Below the pieces are notes generated by a model. It had not been told where the DNA came from, searched no databases, and saw only the letters and a program-made list of their open reading frames with translations. DNA of 64,000 nucleotides from an uncultured Bdellovibrionales bacterium (GTDB lineage Bacteria > Patescibacteriota > Minisyncoccia > Moranbacterales > DUUL01), in contig CAYFUG010000001.1 of NCBI GenBank assembly GCA_964346295.1, forward strand, positions 20,325-84,324, written 5' to 3'. Within the stretch, counting starts at the first letter, position 1; each line of letters starts with the position of its first letter. Made by a program: the position numbers and the translations under genes. Of this stretch, positions 29,617-39,915 are shown in pieces.

Positions 29617-31164
29617 TCACAATTCCCTTTCAACTTCTTCACCCTTCTCTCTATCCCAATAAATCACCTTGGAAACTTTCCTCCTCAAATTCACCTTCAA
29701 GCGGCAATAATATTCTCCCTTGCTCCAAAACAAGCGCAACTTCTTCTCGCTACTTTTTTCTAGCTTGAATTTACCATCAAAGGCCGGATAGCTATTTCTA
29801 AATCTTGCCAACCAAAATAGGCGCTTCACCACTCTCCTTTGAGACTCTCTTTTAACATCTTGCTTGCTATAAAAATGCCGATTGATATCCCGCCCAATGC
29901 CAGTTTCTTCCAAAAGCTCTGTATCGTTTTCTCCTGCTAACAATCCCACATAATATACCTGAGGGATCCCTGGGACAAAAAATTGAATTGCTCGAGCCGC
30001 AATATAAGCATTATCATTCTCTCCCAAAGCCGAGTAATAAGTGCAATTAAGCTGATAAATGTCCACATTACTAGAATTGTAACCCGAAGCCCGCAAGGCC
30101 TCATTACCTCCAAAGGACTTAATCAAATTAACCAAATAATCTCGCTCCTTCTCGTTAATCAGGTCTTCTACATCCGGCACCGGCAGCCCGTCATGAGTGT
30201 CCAAAGTAGTGATCTGATTTTCCGGCCGAATTTTAATCCAGCGCTTCAGTGACTGGGTATTCTTAGAGTGGATAGCATCCAACACCAACATCGGCAAGGC
30301 AAAATCATAAATATAATCCACCCCTTTAATTTTGGCCAACTTAAACTGATCAGTATAATGAGAATGGACCTCCGGCAAACTTTTCATTCCAGCCTGATGA
30401 GACACCGCCGAAATCCAGCGAATAAAACTCAGAGTCTGAGGGATCATAAAACTTCGAGTGTCCCGTTCTTTAGCCACATAACCTACTGCATCTAAGCGCA
30501 AAAGGTTCGCTCCTTGCTCCGCCAAAAATTTAATTATTTCTCGAAAATATTTGATTACTTCTTTATTTTTAATATCCAAGTCAACTTGATCAGAAGAAAA
30601 AGTGCACCACAAACTCTTACCTCTTCCGTCTTTCAGTTCAAATTTAATAAACGGAGAACCGGGCCGTGGTCGATAAATCTTGCCCAAAGTAAGACGATTC
30701 ACCCCGCCTTTATGAAAAACAATATCCCAAGCCCGCAAATTATCAGCTGCCCTTTCTAAAAGCCGCACTAAACGAGGATACAGCTTCTTATTAAGCTTAA
30801 TGCGCCGAGAAAACTTTTCCGCACTGATAAACCAGTTCTTATATTTAGAATCCCGGCCTTTTTTAAGGTAATCCTGAAAAATATCCGACTGCGAAGAAAT
30901 ATGATTAACCATAAAATCAACCATTAAATCAAATTCCTGGCCAATTTTTTTGACATCCTCCCAGTCACCAAACTTGGGATCCACCTCAAAATGAGTCAGG
31001 GGTGAAAACCCTCGATCGGAAGAAGAAGGATAAAAAGGTAAAATATGAACTCCTCCTATTACTCCCGAAAAGTCATCCTTTAAAATTTCATAGAGACTTT
31101 TGAGGTCTCCTCCTAAGCTATCCGGATAAGTAATCAGTTGAATTTTATTTTGCAACTGTTTCAT
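29617..31164 (-). CDS. Sucrose phosphorylase family (GH13_18)
   Basis: NKIQLITYPDSLG, HILPF, NHIS, RLDAVGY, LPEVH, TLDTHDG, YQLNCTYY and GRDINRH. Confidence 0.9.
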   Translation of the reverse strand: MKQLQNKIQLITYPDSLGGDLKSLYEILKDDFSGVIGGVHILPFYPSSSDRGFSPLTHFEVDPKFGDWEDVKKIGQEFDLMVDFMVNHISSQSDIFQDYLKKGRDSKYKNWFISAEKFSRRIKLNKKLYPRLVRLLERAADNLRAWDIVFHKGGVNRLTLGKIYRPRPGSPFIKFELKDGRGKSLWCTFSSDQVDLDIKNKEVIKYFREIIKFLAEQGANLLRLDAVGYVAKERDTRSFMIPQTLSFIRWISAVSHQAGMKSLPEVHSHYTDQFKLAKIKGVDYIYDFALPMLVLDAIHSKNTQSLKRWIKIRPENQITTLDTHDGLPVPDVEDLINEKERDYLVNLIKSFGGNEALRASGYNSSNVDIYQLNCTYYSALGENDNAYIAARAIQFFVPGIPQVYYVGLLAGENDTELLEETGIGRDINRHFYSKQDVKRESQRRVVKRLFWLARFRNSYPAFDGKFKLEKSSEKKLRLFWSKGEYYCRLKVNLRRKVSKVIYWDREKGEEVEREL

Positions 31165-31293
31165 CTTTCACTCTGATTATCAATTTTGATTTTGATTTGT
31201 TTTTTTTATAAGCATTTTATTATATCACAAATCTTTTGAAAATTTTTAGCTAAAATTACCCCAGAGCAACTATCTACTGCTGAGAGTAACTAT

Positions 31294-32049
31294 CTACTGC
31301 TGCAAGTAATCCTCCAAGTCTGGACCAATCTCCACTCCTCTTTGCTTAGCCTCTCGCAAGTAAAGTTGAGCATTCTCTTGATATCCCTGATTTAAATAAG
31401 CAAGTCCTAGCCAAAGAGCTGAAGAAGGATCATTGTCAAAATCTCGATCCTTAAGTAATTCAACTGATTGACCAAAATCGTCATTAAAGTAGTGCGCTAT
31501 GGCTAAATTCTTCCCCGCCGTGCTCTTCCTGTCCGGCTCACTTTCTTGATAAGCTTTTTGGGCGTGCTCCAAAGCCTTAGGATAATTAACTACCCCCGGA
31601 GACTCATCTTCTAAGTCTATATAAAAAAGAGCGAGGGTGTTATTGACCTGAAAATCATCCGAATTAAGTTGATGCGCCTTTCTAAAATGATCTCCCGCTT
31701 GCTGAAAATCATCATCCAAATAAGCAATCTCTCCCTTAATCAAGTGATAATCTAAAGAATCCTTCTTGGCTTCTTCCAGAGCCTTTTCAAAGGTTTCTCG
31801 GGCAAGACCCTCCTCCTCCCTGGAATCATATAAATAAGCCAGGTTTTTCAAGGTGGTAATTCTGGTCTCCTTAGTAGTCGCCTTATCTGCCGCCTCTTTT
31901 AATTGACTTACCACTTCGTCGGAAGTGTCTCCTGCATCAAAACTGGAAACCGCCTGATTGTTTTTATCAACCGACTCTTCGTCCGAAAAAGCATAAATAC
32001 CTCCTATTATTACTATCACTACCAGTACTAAGCGAATAATTTTACCCAT
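31294..32049 (-). CDS. Secreted or anchored TPR-repeat protein
   Basis: N-terminal TM and TPR-like helical repeats (NLAYLY, FEKAL, NTLALFY, WLGLAY). Confidence 0.75.
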   Translation of the reverse strand: MGKIIRLVLVVIVIIGGIYAFSDEESVDKNNQAVSSFDAGDTSDEVVSQLKEAADKATTKETRITTLKNLAYLYDSREEEGLARETFEKALEEAKKDSLDYHLIKGEIAYLDDDFQQAGDHFRKAHQLNSDDFQVNNTLALFYIDLEDESPGVVNYPKALEHAQKAYQESEPDRKSTAGKNLAIAHYFNDDFGQSVELLKDRDFDNDPSSALWLGLAYLNQGYQENAQLYLREAKQRGVEIGPDLEDYLQQ

Positions 32050-32264
32050 CTTCTTAAGTTACCTTTTTAAATTCCCTCCTTGTAAAAACATAAAATTAAA
32101 AGGCTTCGGCAGCCTTGCCCAAAAGCCTTCTTCTTTACTACTCCTCTTTCGTTATCTCCCGCGACATTAATTTTATTCTCGCTTTAAATTCCTCTTCAAG
32201 GCTCCCTTGCCAACTTAAAATAAAAAACAAAAAATCCGCCGCTTAAGAAGTAATAAAAATAACA

Positions 32265-33734
32265 TTACTCTCCTAGTTTTTTCCGAATGAAAGCTGGAAT
32301 ATCCAAATCCTCGTCACTGTAATCAGCTCCTCCTCTATCACTAGAAGGAGGCGTAGGACGCTTTCCGCCAGAAGCTCTTCGAGGACCAGGGCTAGAACTA
32401 AGTCCAGACCCTGAAGGATTATTATTATCTGATTCAGAATGATCTTCGACATCAATCTTAGTTTTCCGAAAAGAAAACCTCTCTCCTCCAAAAGAAATCG
32501 GCTCTTTGCGAGAAATTTTTTCTTTAATTACCTCGTCGTCCTGGCTTCGATGACTAAAACCGCCTGCCGAAACAATATTCGGACCATCAGAAGGAGCCTT
32601 TCTTGCTTGTTGGCTAGCCTTTCCAAAATTAAAAAAGCGCTGAGAAGGAGTGTCCTCCTCTCCCGCCTCTTTTTTCTCTTCCGGGTCCTCATAACCATAA
32701 TCCACTTCGGGGGTTAAACGAATTTTCTTTTGCTGACCAGAACCAGATCCAAAATAAGAGCGAGAAGGGGCGGAAGGATTAAATTCAAACCCAGTCGCTA
32801 CCACCGTTATTCGCAACTCTCCTTGCTTAATGCCTTCGTCCTTGGAGGCTCCAAAAATAATTCGAGCATTAGGATCCACACTATCAGCAATAATACCCGC
32901 CGCTTCATTTACTTCCATCATGGTAACATCGTCTCCTCCGGTAATATTGAATAATACTCCTTTGGCTCCGTCAATAGAGACATCCAAAAGCGGAGAATTA
33001 ATAGCTGATTTAGCCGCCTGGATAGCCCGCTTGTCCCCCGAGGAAACCCCAATTCCCATTAGAGCTGTTCCGCTCTCTTGCATAATGGCGTTAATATCAG
33101 CAAAGTCTACGTTAACGATTCCGGGCTTGGTAATTAAATCTGAAATACCTTGAACCCCCTGTCGCAAAACGTCATCTACAATCCGAAAAGAACTTACCAA
33201 AGAAGTATTTCTATCAATAATCTGGAGCAGCTTATCATTTTGGATAGTAATCAAAGCATCCACCCGATCTCGAAAATTATCCAAGGATTCCTCTGCGATT
33301 GCCATTCTTTGGCGACCCTCAAAGGTAAAAGGTTTTGTGGCTACTCCCACTGTCAAAGCCCCGGCCTCTTTAGCCGTTTCTGCTACCACCGGAGCCGCTC
33401 CTGAACCAGTGCCTCCACCTGCGCCATAAACCACAAACACCATGTCAGCTCCCTTCAAAATCTCTTGAATTTCATCTCGATTCTCCTCGGCCGCCTGCCT
33501 TCCCACATCAGGGTTCATCCCTGCTCCCAAGCCCCGAGTTAAATTTTTACCAATATGAATCTTCTCGCTAGCCTGGTTTTGATGAAGATCCTGAGCATCA
33601 GTGTTAATTGCCACAAAATCGATTCCTGCCAGCCCACACTCAATCATCCGCTCGATAGCGTTTCCTCCTGCGCCCCCTACCCCGATCACTTTAATCCTAG
33701 CGAAAGTTTCCACATCTGGTTTCACCTCGGCCAT
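32265..33734 (-). CDS. ftsZ: Cell division protein FtsZ
   Basis: GVGGAGGNA, GGGTGSG, NVDFAD and C-terminal DLDIPAFIRK. Confidence 0.98.
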   Translation of the reverse strand: MAEVKPDVETFARIKVIGVGGAGGNAIERMIECGLAGIDFVAINTDAQDLHQNQASEKIHIGKNLTRGLGAGMNPDVGRQAAEENRDEIQEILKGADMVFVVYGAGGGTGSGAAPVVAETAKEAGALTVGVATKPFTFEGRQRMAIAEESLDNFRDRVDALITIQNDKLLQIIDRNTSLVSSFRIVDDVLRQGVQGISDLITKPGIVNVDFADINAIMQESGTALMGIGVSSGDKRAIQAAKSAINSPLLDVSIDGAKGVLFNITGGDDVTMMEVNEAAGIIADSVDPNARIIFGASKDEGIKQGELRITVVATGFEFNPSAPSRSYFGSGSGQQKKIRLTPEVDYGYEDPEEKKEAGEEDTPSQRFFNFGKASQQARKAPSDGPNIVSAGGFSHRSQDDEVIKEKISRKEPISFGGERFSFRKTKIDVEDHSESDNNNPSGSGLSSSPGPRRASGGKRPTPPSSDRGGADYSDEDLDIPAFIRKKLGE

Positions 33735-34144
33735 AAACAATTTGCTAAAATAACTAGCTGGGAAACAAAACCCTACTGAACCACGATACCTGGTTTAAAG
33801 TTCTTTCTCCTTTCCCGGCTATTTTTATTTCAGTTTAATTTTTACTTAAAAAATTTTATACTCCCATCTTATTGAATCTCCTGTTCATCTTTATTTAACA
33901 TCAGCTATAATTGAGCCTACCAAAACTACCCACAAAATCAAGCTACCCCTCACCTCCTACTTCCGCCCTCCTTTTTATACTTTCCAAGAAGTAAGATGAA
34001 GTAAGGCTTTAGAAACAATTTCCCTCTCAATAAGAGACTTCCCACTCTCATCACTAGCTGAAAATTACCACGACAAATTCCCTCTCTCCGTAATTAAAAA
34101 AATACAAAACAAGAAAATGCCCATCACCTCCAGAATTAACTTAC

Positions 34145-35416
34145 TCAAGGAAGAATCTTCTTTAGCATTCCTCCAATCCAACTAATTACTCCCTTGGCCT
34201 TTCCTAACTTATCCAAAAAAGAACCCCCTCCAGAGCTAACTCCTCCCTGACCTAGGCCATAACTCTCTTCTCCTTCCTCCAAAAGCCAAAGAATCATTCC
34301 CACCGGTACGGCGAAGGATGGAGTCTCTACTTTATCCACTAAACCACTCAACTCCTTGGGAAAGCCAGTTTGAGCCGGTAGAGCCAAAATGTCCTTAGCC
34401 AAATCTACCATTCCGGGAGTGCAAGCACCTCCTCCTGCCAATACCACTCCCGCCGGGAGTAAAGCAGAACGATTAATTCTCTTCAGTTCCTTCTCTACCA
34501 GATAAAAAATTTCCTCCACTCGAGCTTCGATAATTTCTGCCACATGTTGCCGAGGAACTACTCCTTCCTCATTAGAATCAATCTTGGAAAGATCAATTTG
34601 CTCATCTCGTTTAATTTCACTTACCAAGGCAGACCCATAGTGTAATTTGACCTTTTCTGCGACTTCAATAGAGGTTCGCAATCCAATAGCAATGTCGTTA
34701 GTAATGTGGTCCGCACCCACCGGAACTACCCCCAAATGAATAAGTTGCCGCTCTTCATAGACCGCTAAAGAAGTTGTTCCTCCTCCGATATCCATTACCG
34801 CCACTCCCAATTCTTTTTGCCGCTTATTTAAAACCGCCTTAGATGCTGCGAGAGGAGCCACAATTACCCCATCCACTTGCACTCCCAGCGCCTCTACACA
34901 CTTAAACAAATTCTTGATCTGGGGAGAAATTCCCGTAACCATTAAACCCTGCATTTCCAACCGCACTCCACTCATTCCCACCGGGTCTTTTATATCTTCA
35001 TGCTCATCTAATTTAAACTTCTGGGGAATAACATGCAAGATTTCTTCGTTGGGAGGTAAGTTCATAGTCTGAGAAGCCTCTATCACCCGCTCTACATCAT
35101 CTTCATTTACTTCTCCATCAGCCCTTCCTACCGCAATTACTCCTCGGGTCTCCGAGGATTTAATGTGAGCTCCTCCCACTGAAAGGTAGGCTGCCTGAAT
35201 CTTCACCCCTGAATTCAGCTCAGCCTGAGACAAAGAATTCTTGATAGAATTAGTAACTTCCTCAATGTCTACCACCGAACCGCGTCGCATCCCATTAGAT
35301 CGAGCAATCCCCACCCCGATCACTCGCGGTGTTCCCTCTGAAATCGCCTGTACTACCAGCGTTCTAATAGTGGAAGAGCCAACGTCTAAAGCTACTATGT
35401 ATTCTTCTTTTATCAT
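34145..35416 (-). CDS. ftsA: Cell division protein FtsA
   Basis: ALDVGSS, PVGMSGVRLE, DIGGGTT, ITNDIA and AEKVK; upstream of ftsZ. Confidence 0.96.
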   Translation of the reverse strand: MIKEEYIVALDVGSSTIRTLVVQAISEGTPRVIGVGIARSNGMRRGSVVDIEEVTNSIKNSLSQAELNSGVKIQAAYLSVGGAHIKSSETRGVIAVGRADGEVNEDDVERVIEASQTMNLPPNEEILHVIPQKFKLDEHEDIKDPVGMSGVRLEMQGLMVTGISPQIKNLFKCVEALGVQVDGVIVAPLAASKAVLNKRQKELGVAVMDIGGGTTSLAVYEERQLIHLGVVPVGADHITNDIAIGLRTSIEVAEKVKLHYGSALVSEIKRDEQIDLSKIDSNEEGVVPRQHVAEIIEARVEEIFYLVEKELKRINRSALLPAGVVLAGGGACTPGMVDLAKDILALPAQTGFPKELSGLVDKVETPSFAVPVGMILWLLEEGEESYGLGQGGVSSGGGSFLDKLGKAKGVISWIGGMLKKILP

Positions 35417-35865
35417 TTTTATTTTGGAGTAATAAAAAGCCCCTTGCTTCAATTAAACATCTTTTTAACTGAAATTGCTTACACTCTAAAACTAAAGCCT
35501 TTGATCCCTGTCCTCGATGCCATAAAAATGCTCTAATTAAGCCATCCATCCCGAAGGCAACCGAGATTATAAATAATACGCTAAATTATCACAAATTTTC
35601 CTCACAACAAGTTCGCTTTCCTTAAGAAAATTGTCAGCTAAAATTTAGACAAAAAACCTCCCAAGTATTCCCGGGCTGATGATTAACTTTACCTAAGCGA
35701 CTAAAGACTTTTTAATTTTTATCTTTATCATAACTTACCTGATCATTATAGCCGCTTTTGAAAAAAATGCCAAATTTTTCCATTCCAGGAACTTAGACGC
35801 TTCAATTTTAAAATTTCAGCAGTTTAGCCTAGTAATTACGGGTGGGAAAAATTTCTTAAAAATCC

Positions 35866-38475
35866 CTAGCGTCTTAAAGCCAATCGACTACTAAAAGAAG
35901 GCGAAAGAATAAACCAATGAGAATGCTTCAGCTGCCAGTTCTCTCTTAAGACTCCCTCTAAATTCAAGCACTCCCCGAGATCCTCTCGATAGTATATCAT
36001 TCTCCTCAAATCCCAGGCTCTTTCCGGACTCAATCTTCCTAAATCAGCTACCGTTACTCCTCCCCATACCTCTGGGATTGACTCGAGTTCTTTTTGACTA
36101 GAATTCCCTTGTTCTCCTTGCCAAGTCCAATCACCCTCTCGCAACCAGTACCACTCTCCTTCTTCAATGGCACCCTCCTCTTCTTTCCGATAAATCACCC
36201 TATCCGCCGTCTTGTCATCCGGATAGCGCAACTCCACCATCCCGGCTTTATTGAGCAAGGAAAATTTGCACAACTCCCCCCGTGGCAACTCTCGCTCCTC
36301 TCCTGTCTCAATTTTAAAATCATCGTAAATTAGGTGATTGCTTAAACTGTCTTCGTCTTTACCCGTAGCCACTTTATAATCCTTGAGGTTCAAGTCTTCC
36401 TTAGAGTTATTCTTGATAATCAACATCTCACCCTCACTATCCTGCCCTTTCGGATTAGCTAATAAACCAACTATTTTGAGCTCGTGCCGAGGAAATTCCC
36501 TCACTTTAAGCTGAAAGCTTTTAAAGACTTGAGTGCTTCCGTCATCTAAGCGCAAAGTAACTTGATAAGTGCCTTTTTTTTGATATTTATGTCGAGTGGT
36601 CGCCAAATAACTGTAGTGCCCATCTCCAAAGTCCCAACGAAACTTCAATTTATCCTTATCCGGATCAAAAGAGTCTCTTGCGTCAAACTGAGTGTAAATC
36701 CCTCTATAAGACTTCTGGAATCGCTGAATCTTGAATTTAGGCAAATTATTGAGTTGATTAGCTTCTCCAGGAGTTTGAATTCGACCCCATCCCTCCCTTT
36801 TGACCAATTCCCGAGAAGCCAATCCTTCAAAGATAACCTCTTTCTTAGACTGAGACTCTCCCGTGTCTTCGCTTCCGCTCTCATCTCCGCTTTCTTCCAA
36901 TTCTACTAAACTTTCTTTTGAATTTTCTACTGACTCTTCTTCTAAATCTTTCAGAGAAATAAGACTAAATTCCCTACTAAAAGAAGCTCCAGCGCTAGCA
37001 GATCCCGATAGATAAATCTCATCCACTACTGCCTCATTAGGATCCAACAAGCGCAAAACCTCATTGACGTTACGAATACTCAAACTGGTTTCAACGATTT
37101 TAATAATCAGGTATTCCCTGGGAACAATTTCTAACTCTGGTAACTGAAAGTGCTTGCCACTGCCATTCTCTAACTGCCATCCTGCCAAAGAAACTGTCTC
37201 CTGGCTACCAGCATTAAATAGCTCCACCCACTCCCGACTCTGATCTTTACCTTCCGGATTAGATAAAACTTCACTAAAGTAGATTACTCGAGGATATTTC
37301 TGGGGCTCCGGGGGAGGCGGAAATTGGTTCCTCCTTCCCGGAGTAGGCTTAATTGTAAGACTAAAATCATTAATTGCCAGGGACGAATTTTCCTTTTCTT
37401 GTCGAGCCACAGATTGATCATCACCTGGATTGACAGCAAAAAAAGCCTCCTTGGTAGTTAGTCGCTCCTGGGCTTGTGAAGAGAATTGCCCTTCTTCTCC
37501 CCAACAAATTCCGTCCACCAGATCTTCAGGGTGTTTTTTAGAATTAGAATCGGAGCCTTCGCAAAGCAAAATAACACAATTATTTTTGGCTAAAGTTGCC
37601 CTAGTGCTAGCTTGCGCCTCTAAACTTTCCGCGAATCCATCTTTGCTATTAGCCCACACAAAATAGCCTCCCGCCTCAATCCGATCCGTTTTTCCAAAAG
37701 ATTTTAAACTATAGTCTTTCCCACTAGAAGAAAGTTTTCTTAATTTACAACTATCCAAAGAGAGTTCTTTTTGGGATAAATTGTGGATTTCTACCCAATC
37801 ATGAGAAGAGCTCTTCTCATCACCAATCTTGAGTTCATTGATGACTAAAGGATAATCACCCTTTCTTAGCTCGCCTTCGTTAATTACTTCCGAATCACCC
37901 TCTTCACTCGCTTCGCCTTCTTTCTCCTCTTTCTTCTCTTCTTTTAAATCCTGCGATCTCCCCGCCTGCTTTACTCCCTTTAAGTCTTTCGTGTCTACTT
38001 CAACTTCTTCTGACGACAAGTCTTTTTTTGAATTCTTCTCTTCAACTTCCTCGGATTCTTGAATTACCCTTTCTTTCTCTTCTTCAATTCCTAGCCAATT
38101 TAAATTTTCTAATTGACCGCTGTCTTCCTCTGCGCTATTTGACTTCCTTTCTCCTAAAGATTCTGCCTCCCACTGGTTCCCTTCTCTTTCGCCTTCTTCT
38201 CCTATCCCTTGAATCGAATTAGTCTCTAAACTCTCCTTTCTCTCGTCAAAACCTACTTTTTCTAAGTTTTTTAATCCCGAATCCTCCTCTCCTTTCTCTG
38301 GATCTAACAAATTCAAACTTTCAGAAGAAGTGTTCCTAACTTGATCAGCCGCCAAAAAACCTTCTTCTTGAGCCTCTAATAAACCCGGGAAACTGAACAG
38401 CTCTAAAAAAATCAACAAAAAACAAGCCACCCCCGTCTTTCGGAAAATAGCTTGCCAAGTTACTTGCTGGATCAT
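35866..38475 (-). CDS. Secreted lamin-tail-domain and PKD-domain protein
   Basis: Signal peptide; VINEL..DWVEIHN, FSEVLSNPEG..EWVELFN and PTPG; PKD motif WDFGDG...HKY...G.Y.V.L. Confidence 0.8.
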   Translation of the reverse strand: MIQQVTWQAIFRKTGVACFLLIFLELFSFPGLLEAQEEGFLAADQVRNTSSESLNLLDPEKGEEDSGLKNLEKVGFDERKESLETNSIQGIGEEGEREGNQWEAESLGERKSNSAEEDSGQLENLNWLGIEEEKERVIQESEEVEEKNSKKDLSSEEVEVDTKDLKGVKQAGRSQDLKEEKKEEKEGEASEEGDSEVINEGELRKGDYPLVINELKIGDEKSSSHDWVEIHNLSQKELSLDSCKLRKLSSSGKDYSLKSFGKTDRIEAGGYFVWANSKDGFAESLEAQASTRATLAKNNCVILLCEGSDSNSKKHPEDLVDGICWGEEGQFSSQAQERLTTKEAFFAVNPGDDQSVARQEKENSSLAINDFSLTIKPTPGRRNQFPPPPEPQKYPRVIYFSEVLSNPEGKDQSREWVELFNAGSQETVSLAGWQLENGSGKHFQLPELEIVPREYLIIKIVETSLSIRNVNEVLRLLDPNEAVVDEIYLSGSASAGASFSREFSLISLKDLEEESVENSKESLVELEESGDESGSEDTGESQSKKEVIFEGLASRELVKREGWGRIQTPGEANQLNNLPKFKIQRFQKSYRGIYTQFDARDSFDPDKDKLKFRWDFGDGHYSYLATTRHKYQKKGTYQVTLRLDDGSTQVFKSFQLKVREFPRHELKIVGLLANPKGQDSEGEMLIIKNNSKEDLNLKDYKVATGKDEDSLSNHLIYDDFKIETGEERELPRGELCKFSLLNKAGMVELRYPDDKTADRVIYRKEEEGAIEEGEWYWLREGDWTWQGEQGNSSQKELESIPEVWGGVTVADLGRLSPERAWDLRRMIYYREDLGECLNLEGVLRENWQLKHSHWFILSPSFSSRLALRR

Positions 38476-38492
38476 TTTTTTTGATTAACTGC

Positions 38493-38615
38493 TTAGAGGC
38501 TATTTAAAAAGCTTCTGAATGTTAACCAACTCACCTCACTAAATCTTTTGCCTTTAATATAAACCACCTCTCAACAAAAAGCAATTTACTCTCTAAAAAC
38601 AAAAACAGGCCCTAA
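38493..38615. mobile_element. Possible decayed MITE with IS5-like ends
   Basis: TTAGAGGCTATTT left end and AAAACAGGCCCTAA right end form an imperfect IR similar to the AGAGCCTGTTT motifs at 8932, 9789 and 57738. Confidence 0.3.
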
Positions 38616-38710
38616 AGCCTGCTAATCTATCTCTTATTTAGAACCTCCTAATTCTGATATCCCTAAATACAAACAAACTAGAATCAGCAACCAACTTCCT
38701 GAAAACTTAT

Positions 38711-39088
38711 TTAAAGTAGGTAAGGCCAGAAAATAATCAATCCTACCACCGCTGCTCCCGCTGCCGAAAGAAATACTGCTGCTGCCATTAGATCCTTTAA
38801 AGTTCCCACGTAAGGATGAATCCGTGGTTTTAACAAATTAACCAATCGCTCCAAAAGAGTATTTAAGACCTCTAGCACTAACACCCAAGTAATCATAATT
38901 ACCAACACCACTCCTTCCCACTTTTGAATCGGCAAAATTAACATGGTAATCACCACTAAAATCCCCGCTAGTAACTCAATTTGTAAATTAAGCTCCCTCC
39001 GAAGAGCATACCAAAGTCCTCCCAGCGCATGCCAGAAACTCCTCTTTAGTCTCCCCAACTTCTCCTTCAATGATTCTAATATAGACAT
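38711..39088 (-). CDS. dgkA: Diacylglycerol/undecaprenol kinase family
   Basis: SF.HAL.G...E.N, E..NT.LE and KD..AAAV motifs. Confidence 0.88.
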   Translation of the reverse strand: MSILESLKEKLGRLKRSFWHALGGLWYALRRELNLQIELLAGILVVITMLILPIQKWEGVVLVIMITWVLVLEVLNTLLERLVNLLKPRIHPYVGTLKDLMAAAVFLSAAGAAVVGLIIFWPYLL

Positions 39089-39244
39089 AGCTAATTCTAA
39101 TATAAAAACCTTTAATTTAACCAAAAGCTATCTCATAGTAGCAAATTATCTTAAAAAATAAAAGCTTAACTATCAATTTACTTCTCCTAAGTCAAGAAAC
39201 CTCTCCCCTTAAGACCAAGCCTCCGATAGTCACAACAGTCAAGG

Positions 39245-39757
39245 TTAATCCCGGGCATAAACCACATCCAAAATAGCGTACTCGGAACCTACCGGTGTCA
39301 ATCTAGATTCTATCAACACCAGCGTCTTAACCTCTTCCCACCAGTCAATTGTCTCTCGGTAACTCCTTGAATAAGGAACCCTCACTTTGCCCAAAGTCAT
39401 GTGCGGCTTCGGTGGTCGCGCCTCTCGGAAATTAAAAATTTCTTCAATTTGTTGTCTCAGTTTCCTCAGGTCTTCATTAAAAGCCGCTCTAGACCAAATC
39501 ACCTGAGGAGGCCGCCTCCGAACTGTTTCAATTTTCCTAAAATTTATCCAAAAACTTCTAAGATTAATTCTTCTCAGGCCTTTTTTCGCCTCCTCTTCTT
39601 CTGCAACTTGCCCCGGAGGAAGCAAGGTGACATGCAAATTTTGACTAGGGGTCCAACGCACATCACTAAAGTCATCCTGGTGCTGCTTACGCCAGTTGCC
39701 AATCGTCTTTCGTAAAGACCAAGAGGCGGGAATAGCAATAAATAAGCGCTTTTTCAT
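39245..39757 (-). CDS. thpR: RNA 2',3'-cyclic phosphodiesterase (2H family)
   Basis: RLFIAI, NLHVTL, PHMTLG and S.LTP.GS.Y. Confidence 0.88.
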   Translation of the reverse strand: MKKRLFIAIPASWSLRKTIGNWRKQHQDDFSDVRWTPSQNLHVTLLPPGQVAEEEEAKKGLRRINLRSFWINFRKIETVRRRPPQVIWSRAAFNEDLRKLRQQIEEIFNFREARPPKPHMTLGKVRVPYSRSYRETIDWWEEVKTLVLIESRLTPVGSEYAILDVVYARD

Positions 39758-39915
39758 TTTTTGAATAATCTTCCCCTCTTTTAAATACCTTATTAATGCC
39801 AGCAAAATGAATCAGTTTTTCAGTTTTCGATAAAAACATAGCCAAAGAAAAACTTATCACAAAAGGATAATAGCCTATCCAAAAAAATAACCGCCAAGAT
39901 AGGGATCACTTCAAG

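Noticed and set aside
31268-31310. Direct duplication of AACTATCTACTGCTG at the TPR gene 3' end
   Set aside because: A single short local duplication around the stop codon with no further structure.
4773-39757. RtcB plus ThpR as an RNA-repair module
   Set aside because: They are about 33 kb apart, on opposite strands, in unrelated contexts.
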